Of a stretch of DNA of 64,000 bases, positions 1 to 11,710 are shown piece after piece. The stretch's first letter is position 1. The number at the start of each line of letters is the position of its first letter. Below the pieces are notes generated by a model, which searched no databases, was not told where the DNA came from, and saw only the letters and a list, made by a program, of their open reading frames with translations. The position numbers and the translations under genes were made by a program. Origin of the DNA: Flavobacteriales bacterium (lineage in GTDB: Bacteria > Bacteroidota > Bacteroidia > CAIKAF01); assembly GCA_018401695.1 (NCBI GenBank), contig JAGYKD010000001.1, forward strand, positions 348,016 to 412,015, written 5' to 3'.

Positions 1-117
1 AAAGACCCACTCCCCTACCTGGCGCGCTTTCTGCAACAACGGGGATTCGAAACCGGCATGCTGTTTAAACATTGGAGCGATTGGCAAAGCGAGCTAAACG
101 CCGAAGAAGAGTTATAA
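1..117 (+). CDS. 3' end of a gene truncated by the window edge; RecX-like C-terminus
   Basis: Frame +1 reads KDPLPYLARFLQQRGFETGMLFKHWSDWQSELNAEEEL*; LxxFLxxRGF resembles the last helix repeat of RecX. Fragment only. Confidence 0.45.
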   Translation, partial: KDPLPYLARFLQQRGFETGMLFKHWSDWQSELNAEEEL

Positions 118-136
118 GCCCAAGCAATGGATTGAA

Positions 137-316
137 TTTTGGGCCCTCCCATCTATAGCATTGTGCGCTCCGTGTCCTCCCTTAGCTCCGGTCGACCCTT
201 GGCCAAGCCGGAGGGGCATGGCCTGTGGTGGCTTGCTGCGCGCCGCCTCCTCGGCTGTGCCCCTCTAAGGCTTGGCATGCGGGCGGCCCTTCGCCTGGTC
301 GGGGGGCCATTCTTTT
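137..316. repeat. Dispersed GC-rich hairpin element E1 (subfamily A)
   Basis: TTTTGGGCCCTCCC...GGGGGGCCATTC termini; internal arms GCCAAGCC/GGCTTGGC and GAGGGGCA/TGCCCCTC; terminal motifs shared with 23382, 59597 and 63338. Confidence 0.85.
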
Positions 317-384
317 AACCGCTTGTATTCTTTAGCCATAAACTTCTATCTTTTATCTTTGTTCTGTATAAGTAACTTGGAATT

Positions 385-897
385 ATGAAACAACTTATTG
401 CATACGCTTTCATCGCAGGATTATTTTTGGCTTGTGGTCCCGGCCCATCCGTAGATATTGCTTTTGATTCCGGACCGCTCGCCATGGGTGTTGATACTCC
501 AATGACGCCCGGAATTACCACCATTCAAAGCGAGGTGGTATTGGATTTGGACGAACAGTTCGAAAAAGCCCAAGCCAAACGCGACGAAGTACAAGGCGTG
601 GACAAAGGAAGTATGGTACTTACTGCTGCTGAAGGCCGCAATTTTGACCTGTTCGAAAACCTTACCATTTCGTTTTATTCCGATGAGAACAATATGACCA
701 CCGTTGCCACCCTTAATCCGGTAGAAAAAGGGCAAAGCACCTTGGAAATCCCACTTTCGGATTTGGCCGAAATTGGTCCTTATTTCGAAGAAAATAAATT
801 CCTTATTGTCCTCGACGCGCAAATTATGGCGCCCGACACGCTTCCCTTTGAACTAAATGCTCAAATCAGCGGAACCCTTAAACCCTCAAAAAAATGA
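385..897 (+). CDS. Hypothetical lipoprotein
   Basis: 170-aa ORF; signal peptide with lipobox FLAC. Confidence 0.75.
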   Translation: MKQLIAYAFIAGLFLACGPGPSVDIAFDSGPLAMGVDTPMTPGITTIQSEVVLDLDEQFEKAQAKRDEVQGVDKGSMVLTAAEGRNFDLFENLTISFYSDENNMTTVATLNPVEKGQSTLEIPLSDLAEIGPYFEENKFLIVLDAQIMAPDTLPFELNAQISGTLKPSKK

Positions 898-1343
898 GCC
901 GACTTGCACTGCTTTGTATACTGTTCATCGGTCTTGCTCATTCTGCTGTGGCGCAAAACGATGCCGATAGAATTTTGGGCATTTGGGTTACCGGAAAAGG
1001 TAATGCAAGGGTAAAAATTGAAAAAATTGGCAACCGCTATTTTGGAAAAACCGTGTGGCTCGAAGAACCCAACGATTCGGAAACCGGAAAACCCAAAACC
1101 GATACCGAAAACCCCGACCCTAGTTTGCGCAATATGCCGCGGTTGGGACTTCGTATAATGAAAGACTTCGAATTCTCCGGAGACAACAAATGGAAAGAAG
1201 GCACCGTATACGATCCCGAAAACGGAAAAACTTACTGCGGAGCCATTACTTGGCGCGATAACAATACCATTGAACTCAGAGGCCATATTTGCGGACTTTC
1301 CTTTTTGGGTCGTAGCGATACCTGGAAACGCTATACCCCCTAA
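894..1343 (+). CDS. DUF2147 domain secreted protein
   Basis: Signal peptide; ILGIW, GKTVWL, W..G.VYDPENGKTY and LGRSDTW motifs. Confidence 0.85.
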   Translation: MSRLALLCILFIGLAHSAVAQNDADRILGIWVTGKGNARVKIEKIGNRYFGKTVWLEEPNDSETGKPKTDTENPDPSLRNMPRLGLRIMKDFEFSGDNKWKEGTVYDPENGKTYCGAITWRDNNTIELRGHICGLSFLGRSDTWKRYTP

Positions 1344-1361
1344 AATTTCCCCCTAAGAATC

Positions 1362-1392
1362 AAACAGGACTGACAAGTTGTCAGTCCTGTTT
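1362..1392. promoter_or_regulatory. Perfect inverted repeat containing ACTGACA-N3-TGTCAGT (candidate operator and/or terminator)
   Basis: AAACAGGACTGACAA-G-TTGTCAGTCCTGTTT; the 17-bp core (1369-1385) recurs at 9598-9614. Confidence 0.65.
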
Positions 1393-1400
1393 TCGCTTTG

Positions 1401-1408
1401 TACCTTTG
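1401..1408 (+). promoter_or_regulatory. Bacteroidota housekeeping promoter -7 element for miaB
   Basis: TACCTTTG matches TAnnTTTG, 7 nt before ATG at 1416. Confidence 0.6.
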
Positions 1409-1415
1409 CCGGGCT

Positions 1416-2864
1416 ATGAGTAACCATACACAAGAACTACTAGAGGAAAGCCGGCAAGGAGAAGCGACCTTGCTTAATGCAATTACGGCATCCGGAAATC
1501 GAAAGCTTTACTTGGAAAGCTACGGCTGCCAAATGAACTTTTCTGACTCCGAAATTGTGGCCAGCATACTCAGCGAGGCAGGCTATGATACCACCAAAAA
1601 CCTCTACGAATCCGACGTAGTACTACTAAATACCTGCGCCATTCGCGAAAATGCCGAACAAAGAGTGCGGCAAAGACTCAAGGATTTTCAAGGACTCAAA
1701 AAAAGCAATCCGCGCTTGGTGGTTGGTGTGCTCGGCTGCATGGCCGAACGACTCAAAGAAAAATTCTTAGAAGAAGAAAAGCTTGTGGATCTGGTGGCAG
1801 GCCCCGATGCCTATCGTGCCCTCCCTGACCTAATTGCCGAAGTGGAAACCGGGCAAAAAGCCATGAATGTGTTGCTTTCTCTGGAAGAAACCTACGCCGA
1901 TATAAATCCGGTGCGCATGGGTAGCAATGGAGTGAGTGCGTTCATTTCCATTATGCGGGGCTGCGACAATATGTGCTCCTTTTGTGTGGTGCCCTTTACC
2001 CGAGGGCGCGAACGCAGCCGAGACCCTGAAAGTATTGTAAAAGAGGCTCAAGAACTCTTCGACAACGGCTTTAGAGAAGTAACCCTTTTGGGACAAAACG
2101 TAGATTCCTATTTGTTTTATGGCGGAGGTCCCAAAAAAGACTTTAAGCAGTTGTCGGAAGAAGAAAAAGGACGTGCCGTAAATTTTGCAGGATTGCTTGC
2201 CAAGGTGGCTGCGGTTTCTCCTTTACTACGCGTACGCTTTACCACCTCAAATCCGGGGGACATGACCGATGAGGTCTTGGAAACCATGGCAGCATGGCCC
2301 AACATTTGCAAATACATTCATCTTCCGGTACAAAGCGGAAACTCCGATGTGCTCCACCGCATGAACAGAGGCTACGACAGACCCACCTACATGAACCGTA
2401 TAGCAGCCATTCGACGCATCATGCCCGATTGCGCCATCTCTACCGACATCATTACAGGATTCTGTGGCGAAACCGAAGAAGAACACAAGGACACCCTTAG
2501 CCTAATGCAAGAAGTAGGCTACGACTATGCCTACATGTTTCAATACTCCGAACGCCCACGTACCCTAGCTGCCCGAAAATTCAAAGACGATGTGGCCCAG
2601 GAGGAAAAAAACAGAAGGCTTAAAGAAATCATCCAAATTCAGTCCGAATGGTCGCTTAAAAGAAACCAAGAGGTGTTGGGCCAAACCGTTGAAGTCTTAG
2701 TGGAAGGAGTATCCAAAAAATCCGAGGAAGATTTGTTCGGCAGAACCAGCCAATACAAGGTAGTTGTTTTCCCTAAAGAGCAATTCAAACCAGGCGATTA
2801 TGTGCAGGTTAAAGTGCACGATTGCACCTCGGCAACCTTATTAGGTAAGGCCCTAACCTCCTGA
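1416..2864 (+). CDS. miaB: tRNA-2-methylthio-N6-dimethylallyladenosine synthase
   Basis: SYGCQMN (UPF0004 domain), radical [12 protein letters not shown]-terminal TRAM domain; start moved to ATG 1416, downstream of the promoter. Confidence 0.97.
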   Translation: MSNHTQELLEESRQGEATLLNAITASGNRKLYLESYGCQMNFSDSEIVASILSEAGYDTTKNLYESDVVLLNTCAIRENAEQRVRQRLKDFQGLKKSNPRLVVGVLGCMAERLKEKFLEEEKLVDLVAGPDAYRALPDLIAEVETGQKAMNVLLSLEETYADINPVRMGSNGVSAFISIMRGCDNMCSFCVVPFTRGRERSRDPESIVKEAQELFDNGFREVTLLGQNVDSYLFYGGGPKKDFKQLSEEEKGRAVNFAGLLAKVAAVSPLLRVRFTTSNPGDMTDEVLETMAAWPNICKYIHLPVQSGNSDVLHRMNRGYDRPTYMNRIAAIRRIMPDCAISTDIITGFCGETEEEHKDTLSLMQEVGYDYAYMFQYSERPRTLAARKFKDDVAQEEKNRRLKEIIQIQSEWSLKRNQEVLGQTVEVLVEGVSKKSEEDLFGRTSQYKVVVFPKEQFKPGDYVQVKVHDCTSATLLGKALTS

Positions 2865-2866
2865 GG

Positions 2867-4099
2867 ATGAATTTTCAGGAAATCAAAAACCGCTTTGGCA
2901 TTATTGGAAGCTCTCCCCTATTGGAGAGGGCTTTAGATATTGCCCAGCAAGTGGCACCCACCAATCTATCGGTGCTTATTACCGGCGAAAGCGGAGTGGG
3001 CAAAGAAGTGTTCTCCAAAATCATTCACCAGCTTAGTACCCGAAAGCATGGCCCATTTATTGCCGTTAACTGTGGGGCAATACCCGAAGGTACCATAGAT
3101 AGTGAATTGTTTGGCCACGAAAAAGGAAGCTTTACCGGTGCAAGCGATAGCCGCAAAGGCTATTTTGAAGTGGTAAACGGAGGTACCATATTTTTGGATG
3201 AGGTAGCCGACCTCCCGCTTCAAACCCAGGTACGCCTGCTTCGTGTTCTGGAAACCGGCGAATTCATTCGCGTAGGCTCTTCCAAAGTGCAAAAAACTGA
3301 AGTTCGCGTTGTGGCTGCCACCAATGTGACCATGCTCAAAGCGATTGAAAAGGGTAAGTTTCGAGAAGATTTATATTACCGCCTCAATACTGTACCCATC
3401 AAGATTCCGGCCCTAAGAGAACGACGCGACGACATACCGCTTTTGTTTCGCAAATTTGCTTCGGACTTTGCCGAGAGCTACCGTATGCCTGTCATACGCC
3501 TGGACCAGGAGGCTGTGGAATTAATAAAGCACTATTCTTGGCCGGGAAACATTCGGCAACTTAAAAATCTGGCCGAACAAATTTCAGTACTGGAACACGA
3601 TCGCCACATTTCTGCCCGCCGCTTAGCCCAATACTTACCTCCCGAAACAGGCAACCGAAACCTCCCTGCCATTTATTATGGACCCGAAAAAGAGGAACAA
3701 CCTTTCTTTGCAAATCAAGAAACGCTTGTAAAGTTTCTGCTAGAAATGCAAAGAGAGTTGAATCAGCTCAAAAAAATGGTGCACGATAGGGTTCAACATC
3801 CGGGAAGCGAGGCTACCGAGCACCGGGCTATGGAGCGCATCCGCCAATTGGCGCCTGTAGAAGATTACTCTGAACAGGAAGCCATTCAAGTGTGGCCTGA
3901 CCAAGAGCATGAGCTAAATTTCCCGAGTGTTCAAGAAAGCGAAACCGAAGAAAGCCTTAGGCTCGAAGATCAAGAAATGGAACTTATAAAACGAGCCTTA
4001 GAAAAACACCGGGGCAAAAGAAAAAGCGCAGCTAAAGAACTGGGCATTTCTGAACGTACCCTGTATCGAAAAATTAAAGAATACGGAATTAAAGAATGA
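2867..4099 (+). CDS. Sigma-54-dependent enhancer-binding protein (AAA+ and Fis HTH, no N-terminal sensor domain)
   Basis: GESGVGKE Walker A, GSFTGA loop, FLDEV Walker B, FREDLYYRL, WPGNIRQL, AAKELGISERTLYRKIK HTH. Confidence 0.95.
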   Translation: MNFQEIKNRFGIIGSSPLLERALDIAQQVAPTNLSVLITGESGVGKEVFSKIIHQLSTRKHGPFIAVNCGAIPEGTIDSELFGHEKGSFTGASDSRKGYFEVVNGGTIFLDEVADLPLQTQVRLLRVLETGEFIRVGSSKVQKTEVRVVAATNVTMLKAIEKGKFREDLYYRLNTVPIKIPALRERRDDIPLLFRKFASDFAESYRMPVIRLDQEAVELIKHYSWPGNIRQLKNLAEQISVLEHDRHISARRLAQYLPPETGNRNLPAIYYGPEKEEQPFFANQETLVKFLLEMQRELNQLKKMVHDRVQHPGSEATEHRAMERIRQLAPVEDYSEQEAIQVWPDQEHELNFPSVQESETEESLRLEDQEMELIKRALEKHRGKRKSAAKELGISERTLYRKIKEYGIKE

Positions 4100-4179
4100 T
4101 GCAGGCAGGCAACCCTAAAACCACGCCCACTTTTTTGCAACTTGCCATACTTAGGACAGGCATCCTTCGTTATGCCCAC

Positions 4180-5646
4180 ATGCTTTTGGTCCCTCAACGC
4201 CTACTTGTTCTGCTGCCCCTCTTAGCACTATTTGGACTTAATGCATGCCTCGACGAACCCGGACAGGGCAGCTTAAAGGACCTCCGCTTTAGCCGAGATA
4301 CCGTATTTTTTGATACCGTGTTTACCCAAATCGGCACATCAACTCAAGTTCTTAAGCTCTACAACAGGGGGCAAGGACGCATAAACATTGACGAAATAAG
4401 CCTCCATCCCAATTCTGTATTTCGCTTTAATGCTAACGGAAACTCAGGGCCTATGGCAGAAAACTTGTTTATTGACCCCGGAGATTCCCTCTATGTTTTT
4501 CTGGAAGCTACCTTAGATCCCCACGGAGGAAACGCCGTCTTAATTCACGAAGACTCCTTAATGGTTTTGGCTCAAGGAGATTATAAACGGGCCATTTTAG
4601 CAGCTCCCGGACAAGACGCACGCTATTATTTACCCACAGACACACTCCAAACCGCAGGTGGTAGCCTCCCCTACTCCATTCTGGACTGCCAAACTACTTG
4701 GGATGCCTCCAAACCGGTGGTTATTGTAGGCTATTTGGTTGTGGACTCCCTCTGCAACCTGGAAATTCTGGCCGGAACCAAGGTGCACTTTTTTAACAAC
4801 GGTGCTTTATGGGTTTTTAGAGGAGGCAGCCTTCAAGTACTAGGAGAGTTAGGAAATCCGGTGACTTTTGAAGGCACCCGACTCAACGCTACCTGGCGTG
4901 AAACCCCGGGCCAATGGGACCGAATTCTTATCAACGAAGGAAGCACCAACAACATCATACGCCACGCCATTATCAAAAATGGATTTATAGGCATCCAAGC
5001 CGACCACCTGGGTAAAGTTGCAGGAACCGCTTCCGGCCCGGGTAAAGTCACCTTGGAATCCGTAGAAATACGCAACATGAGCGGCTTAGGATTGTACACC
5101 CGCGGCTTAGACATAGATGCCTACAATACCTTGGTGCATAATAGTGGGCAATATAGCGGAGCCTTTACGCTTGGTGGCACCATTCGCCTTGACCATTGCA
5201 CCTTTGGCAATCATTGGAACAGAAGCAATCGAAGCACTCCTGCTTTTTTCTTTAGCAACTATTTCCTCGGCGGAAATACGGCCTTTATCGCTGACTTAAA
5301 TCTTAGGATGCGCAACAGCATTATCTATGGCAGTCAACAAGGCGAGTTTGAGTACGACAGTCTGGGTGGGGCTGATTTCAATTACCTTTTTGAGCAATGC
5401 CTCATAAAAGCAGAAGAAGAAATAGCCACCGGCCCAAATAGCCGATTTGTAAACATCCTTCGCAACGAGGATCCATTATTTAGAAGTCCAAGCGCGGGAG
5501 ATTACCGCTTAGATGCCGAATCCCCTGCCCTGGATGCAGGCAGTCTCTCAATAGTTCAAGAAAATCCCTTTTTGCTGCGCTTCGATTTAAAAGGATGGAA
5601 CAGAACCTATACTTTGCCTGATTTGGGAGCTATAGAAAAGCAATAG
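4180..5646 (+). CDS. Conserved Bacteroidota lipoprotein with right-handed beta-helix
   Basis: Lipobox LNAC; LRFSRDTVFFDTVF motif; C-terminal DYRL..SPALDAG...PDLGAIE. Start uncertain (4096 or 4180). Confidence 0.8.
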   Translation: MLLVPQRLLVLLPLLALFGLNACLDEPGQGSLKDLRFSRDTVFFDTVFTQIGTSTQVLKLYNRGQGRINIDEISLHPNSVFRFNANGNSGPMAENLFIDPGDSLYVFLEATLDPHGGNAVLIHEDSLMVLAQGDYKRAILAAPGQDARYYLPTDTLQTAGGSLPYSILDCQTTWDASKPVVIVGYLVVDSLCNLEILAGTKVHFFNNGALWVFRGGSLQVLGELGNPVTFEGTRLNATWRETPGQWDRILINEGSTNNIIRHAIIKNGFIGIQADHLGKVAGTASGPGKVTLESVEIRNMSGLGLYTRGLDIDAYNTLVHNSGQYSGAFTLGGTIRLDHCTFGNHWNRSNRSTPAFFFSNYFLGGNTAFIADLNLRMRNSIIYGSQQGEFEYDSLGGADFNYLFEQCLIKAEEEIATGPNSRFVNILRNEDPLFRSPSAGDYRLDAESPALDAGSLSIVQENPFLLRFDLKGWNRTYTLPDLGAIEKQ

Positions 5647-5672
5647 AGCAGAGCCGCAGTTTCTCCGCTGGT

Positions 5673-5993
5673 CTATTTAAAGTAAGCGTAAGCAAGCGTG
5701 GCGGCCACTACCATTACCGTTCCCAACAACACCCAACCAAACCATTTTTTTGAGCCCGAAGACTCCAAAGGAGCAGCCGAATGCACTTCCGGATGCAGTT
5801 TTTTGGCAAATTCCGGATCCTCCTTGGCTGCATCCACCAAACGCCGCCATCGGTCGGGCGGTAATCGGTCACGCACCACCGCCACCAAAATTTCTTGTTG
5901 GTCTGCATTCAAATGACGTTTGCGCCTTAGGGCAAAGCGCACCAATTCCTGGTCCGAAAGACTGTATAGCTTTTTCTCAAAACCTGCTGACAT
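5673..5993 (-). CDS. Hypothetical protein with C-terminal transmembrane anchor
   Basis: 106-aa ORF directly downstream of the envC-like gene; hydrophobic C-terminus. Confidence 0.6.
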   Translation of the reverse strand: MSAGFEKKLYSLSDQELVRFALRRKRHLNADQQEILVAVVRDRLPPDRWRRLVDAAKEDPEFAKKLHPEVHSAAPLESSGSKKWFGWVLLGTVMVVAATLAYAYFK

Positions 5994-6016
5994 AAATCAA
6001 AAATAGGGCTTTCTGT

Positions 6017-7294
6017 TCAACGTTTGGCCAGCCAAACTTGGGGATTTTCTGCGGCTTGCCCATTCATTACCCGAAAATGCACCATAGCTTTGCCCTGTTC
6101 TGCGTCGTAATACGCTGAACCCAAAACAGCTCCGGTATTAACTTTTTGTCCTTTACCCACCTTTACTTCCGAAAGGTTGGCATACACGGTAAGGTAACTG
6201 CCGTGGCGCACAATGACCACTTGCTCATAACCATCCAATCGGAATACGGCGGAGACTTCTCCTCCAAAAACGGCTAAAACAGCTTCGGCCGCTTGGGTAT
6301 GAATATCAATCCCGTCTCTTTGAATACTTACATGTTCAAATACGGGATGCGCGTGCTTACCAAACTTTCCGGCTACTACTCCCCGCTTTACAGGCCAAGG
6401 CAATTTGCCCTTATTGGACACAAAGTCTCTAGATAAAGCCACGGATTCCGGGGTTTCGGGGAGTGCGGCCGGTTTGCCGGCTGCTTTTGCCGCTGCCTCT
6501 CGTTTCTTCCGGGCTTCTTCTTCTCGCTTTCGGGCAGCTTCCAGCTCCTTTCTTATGATTTCTTCAATGCGGGCAGCCAATTTTGCGGCCTCTCGCTCGC
6601 TTTGCTTTAGCTTTTCCATTAAGGTCCGCTCCTTCCCTTTTAAGGAAGCTACTAAACGTGCTTTCTCTTGCTCATCGGCAGCCAGTTGCGCGCTTTGACT
6701 TGCTTGCTGGTCAAGGGCTGCCTTTTTTTGCCAGCGAATGGAGTCCAGTTGCTGCACTTGTAACGCGAGCCCTTCTCTTGTTTGCCTAATATTCTGCACT
6801 TGCCAATTGCGCAGCTCCTCTACCCGCTGAAAATATCGGCTTCTGCGCAGGGCCTCGCCCATATCCCGGGCACCCAATACATACAACCAACGGTTATAAG
6901 ACCTTCGGTGTAGATAGGCCTGACGCACCATTCCTGCATAAGCAGTAAGCATGGTATCCAATCGGCCTTGAAGCCGCTCCAACTCCTTGCGGCCATTGTC
7001 CAGCTCGGTATCCAACAAACCCAATTCCGAAGACAGGGTTTGTATCAATTCCTGCCTTTGCTGCATGTTGGCCCGAATTTGCTGCAACTGCCCAACCGAG
7101 GCCTCTTGTTTTGCTTTGGTTTGCTGCAAAAGTCGATTGGTATAGGCGATATCCTGCTCCAACTTCTTCTTTTTGCGCTCCAAACTCTTGCGCGACTGCC
7201 CCGAGACCGTGCCGCTGCATACCACCAGCAGAACAAGGACAAAAAGCCTTACCCGGAAGATGGAAGCCAAAGAAATGCGCAGTTTTTGGAACAT
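6017..7294 (-). CDS. envC: Murein hydrolase activator EnvC family (coiled coil plus M23 domain)
   Basis: Signal peptide, long coiled coil, KGKLPWPV, GIDI, VRHG..LTVYANL; TATCTTTG promoter 4 nt before ATG 7294. Confidence 0.85.
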   Translation of the reverse strand: MFQKLRISLASIFRVRLFVLVLLVVCSGTVSGQSRKSLERKKKKLEQDIAYTNRLLQQTKAKQEASVGQLQQIRANMQQRQELIQTLSSELGLLDTELDNGRKELERLQGRLDTMLTAYAGMVRQAYLHRRSYNRWLYVLGARDMGEALRRSRYFQRVEELRNWQVQNIRQTREGLALQVQQLDSIRWQKKAALDQQASQSAQLAADEQEKARLVASLKGKERTLMEKLKQSEREAAKLAARIEEIIRKELEAARKREEEARKKREAAAKAAGKPAALPETPESVALSRDFVSNKGKLPWPVKRGVVAGKFGKHAHPVFEHVSIQRDGIDIHTQAAEAVLAVFGGEVSAVFRLDGYEQVVIVRHGSYLTVYANLSEVKVGKGQKVNTGAVLGSAYYDAEQGKAMVHFRVMNGQAAENPQVWLAKR

Positions 7295-7366
7295 AGCACA
7301 AAGATACCCCATGCCCTTGGGCAAAAAGCTAAAAACCAAACAGGTAATTAACCTACGACCGTTAAT

Positions 7367-7393
7367 AAAAAAGCCCCGAAAATTCGGGGCTTT
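7367..7393 (-). terminator. Rho-independent terminator of groES-groEL
   Basis: AAAAAAGCCCCGAA-AA-TTCGGGGCTTT; U-tract on the minus strand. Confidence 0.85.
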
Positions 7394-7414
7394 CCAATGG
7401 GTCGAAAAAACGGA

Positions 7415-9348
<1,934 letters not shown>

Positions 9349-9381
9349 AGTTTTAAATTTATTCAATAGTATACTACAGCA

Positions 9382-9399
9382 TTGCGAATTACATGCCAA
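9382..9399 (-). promoter_or_regulatory. Putative sigma-54 (-24/-12) promoter of groES-groEL
   Basis: Minus strand TTGGCATGTAATTCGCAA: GG-N10-GC spacing as in TGGCACG-N4-TTGC, about 35 nt upstream of the groES ATG. Confidence 0.6.
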
Positions 9400-9597
9400 A
9401 TCTTTGTGCCCCTATCCACCAATTGCTTGTCTAGCCTCCCAAAAACAGGACTCAAATTCCTGTTTTTCAATTATTTAAACGCATAAACCCGTGACTTTTT
9501 GACGCTTTTGTCAAAACTCATTTCTCCCTTCCACAGATAGACTTAGCGACAATTTTACAGGGCATGGGACAAAATTGTCATAGGCAACCGCAGCTCA

Positions 9598-9614
9598 ACT
9601 GACAGCTTGTCAGT
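9598..9614. promoter_or_regulatory. Palindrome ACTGACA-GCT-TGTCAGT, candidate upstream activator site
   Basis: Same 7-bp arms as 1369-1385; degenerate TGAC/GTCA half-sites at 9492-9513, 9547-9559 and 9567-9580. Confidence 0.55.
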
Positions 9615-9624
9615 GAAGCATGTA

Positions 9625-9772
9625 TTTGGGCGCCCGGGCGCGCTCTCGCCTTATAGCTGCCCATTGGAATCTTGGCTTTGCTTATGCCGGCGGCCGGGTC
9701 CCTGCGGGCCAGGCCGGCGGCAGCAAAGCACAAGATTCCAAAAGGCAGGCTGCCGGCTCCATCGCTGGCGCA
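9625..9772. repeat. Dispersed GC-rich hairpin element E2 (subfamily C, Flavo-1-like frame)
   Basis: TTTGGGCGCC...ATCGCTGGCGCA; arms TTGGAATCTTG/CAAGATTCCAA and GCTTTGCT/AGCAAAGC. Confidence 0.75.
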
Positions 9773-9805
9773 AAAAAAACACCGAACTTAGGTAGCTCGG
9801 TGTTT
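9772..9805 (-). terminator. Rho-independent terminator
   Basis: A-run followed by AAACACCGA...TCGGTGTTT stem, downstream of the gene ending at 9829. Confidence 0.7.
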
Positions 9806-9828
9806 CCAAATATCTTTTAACGCTTCTT

Positions 9829-10452
9829 TTAGGAGTTCTCCTTAAACGAAGCCACCATCTGTTCCAAATCAACTCCGTACCGACCTATTCTCGATTCAAG
9901 CGTCCAACCCATAATGGTATACATGGTCGATGCACCCTCTACATATCCTAACACATAATATATGCTCAAGTCGGGCACATCAGCAATGGTTCCCGTAACG
10001 GTAAAGGAAGCTCGCCTACTGCCATTACTCTCCCTATATTCCAAATCGCTGCGGTCTGCTACTGTGCTCATCATTTCCAGTAAACTTTCGGACTGGAACT
10101 GGGCGTAGTTTTCGAGTGGAGAAAGAGACGCATCGTACAAGCCTAATTCGGAAAACACTTGCATGAACTCATCTTTAGGCTCATCAATTACCACCACGTA
10201 AGTTTCTTTAACTATGTTTTGGTATTGAAGCGATGCCTCAGCGTTTAAGTCTGTAGCCTCAGACATGTATTCGGGTACATCTAAGCTGTAGTCTTTTACA
10301 CTTACTGTTTGGGTAGGAGCGGGTTCGGCGGACTCCGCTTCAAAAGTTTCTGAAAGGACATTGGACTCTTCTCCTTGCTCGGATTTAGAAGCATTGCTAC
10401 CACAAGCAAAGAACAAGGCAGCTAAGGAAACAGATAGAAAAGCAGTTTTCAT
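9829..10452 (-). CDS. Hypothetical lipoprotein
   Basis: MKTAFLSVSLAALFFAC lipoprotein signal; LNAEASLQYQN...YVVVIDEPK motif. Confidence 0.8.
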   Translation of the reverse strand: MKTAFLSVSLAALFFACGSNASKSEQGEESNVLSETFEAESAEPAPTQTVSVKDYSLDVPEYMSEATDLNAEASLQYQNIVKETYVVVIDEPKDEFMQVFSELGLYDASLSPLENYAQFQSESLLEMMSTVADRSDLEYRESNGSRRASFTVTGTIADVPDLSIYYVLGYVEGASTMYTIMGWTLESRIGRYGVDLEQMVASFKENS

Positions 10453-10478
10453 GCAATAGTAAAAAATGGGTAATTCAT

Positions 10479-10805
10479 TTAGGGAGCGATTGGCTGCTGG
10501 CCCATGCCTGTTTGAGACATATCCAGGTTTTCTACCGGCAATTCTTTGCCCGTTTGCTGTGCTACCGGAGCTTGGTATTGAAAAAAGAAACCACTGGCAA
10601 TGCACAATACCGCAAGGAGACCCATAAGTTGCCAAGTTCGCTTTTCTACAATTTCGGTTTCCTTGCGCGCCCCAAACATTTGGTTAGAGACCCCAACATT
10701 GGAAGCAATACCTCCGCCTTTGGCGTTTTGAATAAGCACAATGAGGATAAGCAAAATAGCAACCAACATAATGGCAGCCATGAGTAGGATTTGAGAAATG
10801 TCCAT
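10479..10805 (-). CDS. secG: Preprotein translocase subunit SecG
   Basis: Two TM helices flanking VLIQNAKGGG...VEKRTW. Confidence 0.92.
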   Translation of the reverse strand: MDISQILLMAAIMLVAILLILIVLIQNAKGGGIASNVGVSNQMFGARKETEIVEKRTWQLMGLLAVLCIASGFFFQYQAPVAQQTGKELPVENLDMSQTGMGQQPIAP

Positions 10806-10820
10806 AAGGTATGTGTATAA

Positions 10821-11249
10821 TTAGACGCGCTCGGCTTTTACTTCTTTAATTAGGCGCGCAAAATACGCGCTTTTTTCGGGATATTCCAAACGGAGGTAGC
10901 GATAGGCTTCTAGCGCCAGGTGATATTTTTTTTGTTGCCGGTATACCTTGGCCAACGTTTCCGTTACCAAAGGAGCCTCTGAATTTTGCTTAGAAGCCGC
11001 CGATTCGGTTGAAATTTCCTTTTCGGAACCTTGGGCGGCATGCGTAGGAGCCTTTGGAGCTAAAGCAGCGCGTGAGGGCCTTAAATCCGGCGATTCCTCC
11101 ACAAATTTAGTTAATGTTTCTTGCTGACGAAGCGCACGCAAGAGCTTCTGCAACTTGCCTTGTCGGCAAATCTGCAGCCATTCCAAAAAGCTGCATTGGA
11201 GCTGTGGGTTGGCTCCGGCACCAAAAATCTCCTCAATATCGTAATGCAT
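10821..11249 (-). CDS. Conserved Bacteroidota protein upstream of secG with TPR-like C-terminus (short form)
   Basis: VTETLAKVYRQQKKY..ALEAY..L.LEYPEKSAYFA motif; start uncertain (11249 or 11303). Confidence 0.7.
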   Translation of the reverse strand: MHYDIEEIFGAGANPQLQCSFLEWLQICRQGKLQKLLRALRQQETLTKFVEESPDLRPSRAALAPKAPTHAAQGSEKEISTESAASKQNSEAPLVTETLAKVYRQQKKYHLALEAYRYLRLEYPEKSAYFARLIKEVKAERV

Positions 11250-11303
11250 GGGCCGGCAAAAATAAGCAAGCCAAACGAATCGGCTTGCTTGAGATACATA
11301 CAA

Positions 11304-11594
11304 TCAGTCTTTGGGCGCTGCGGCAGGTGCTTCTTCCCTGTTCTTACGGCCCTTTTCTTTGCGGGTTGCAGAAGAAATATTTTGGTGGCCATGCCCATCA
11401 GCTTCATTGGCATTGGCTTGATGACAAGCGGGCTTTTCGGCCGCCTGCTGGCATGAGGCTCCTTCCGCTTTACCTTTAGAACAACAAGCTTTTTTAACCG
11501 CAGGGGTTTCGGTACGAGGAGCGCGTCCTTCTTGCTGTGCATACAAACCAAGGCTCATACCCAAAAAGCAAACGCAGGCAATAATGCTTTTCAT
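11304..11594 (-). CDS. Small secreted Cys/His-containing low-complexity protein
   Basis: Signal peptide ending AQQ; KKACCSK...SC...ACH...GHGH. Confidence 0.65.
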   Translation of the reverse strand: MKSIIACVCFLGMSLGLYAQQEGRAPRTETPAVKKACCSKGKAEGASCQQAAEKPACHQANANEADGHGHQNISSATRKEKGRKNREEAPAAAPKD

Positions 11595-11710
11595 AGAATC
11601 ATTTATTTAGTAATTCAAATATACACAATCAAAGAACATGCCGAAATAGAAAAACAATTTTGCCATATTTACGTACAACAAACAAACAGATATTATTTAA
11701 AAGAAAATAT

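Noticed and set aside
245-255. GCCTCCTCGGC resembling the HDV ribozyme P3/L3
   Set aside because: The loop is too short, the pairing is absent in the other copies, and I could not build the nested double pseudoknot by eye.
11629-11643. Second sigma54-like promoter (minus strand CGGCATGTTCTTTGA) before the Cys/His-rich gene
   Set aside because: The -12 position is GA rather than GC, no TGACA-N3-TGTCA site is nearby, and a normal TATATTTG element lies closer to the gene.
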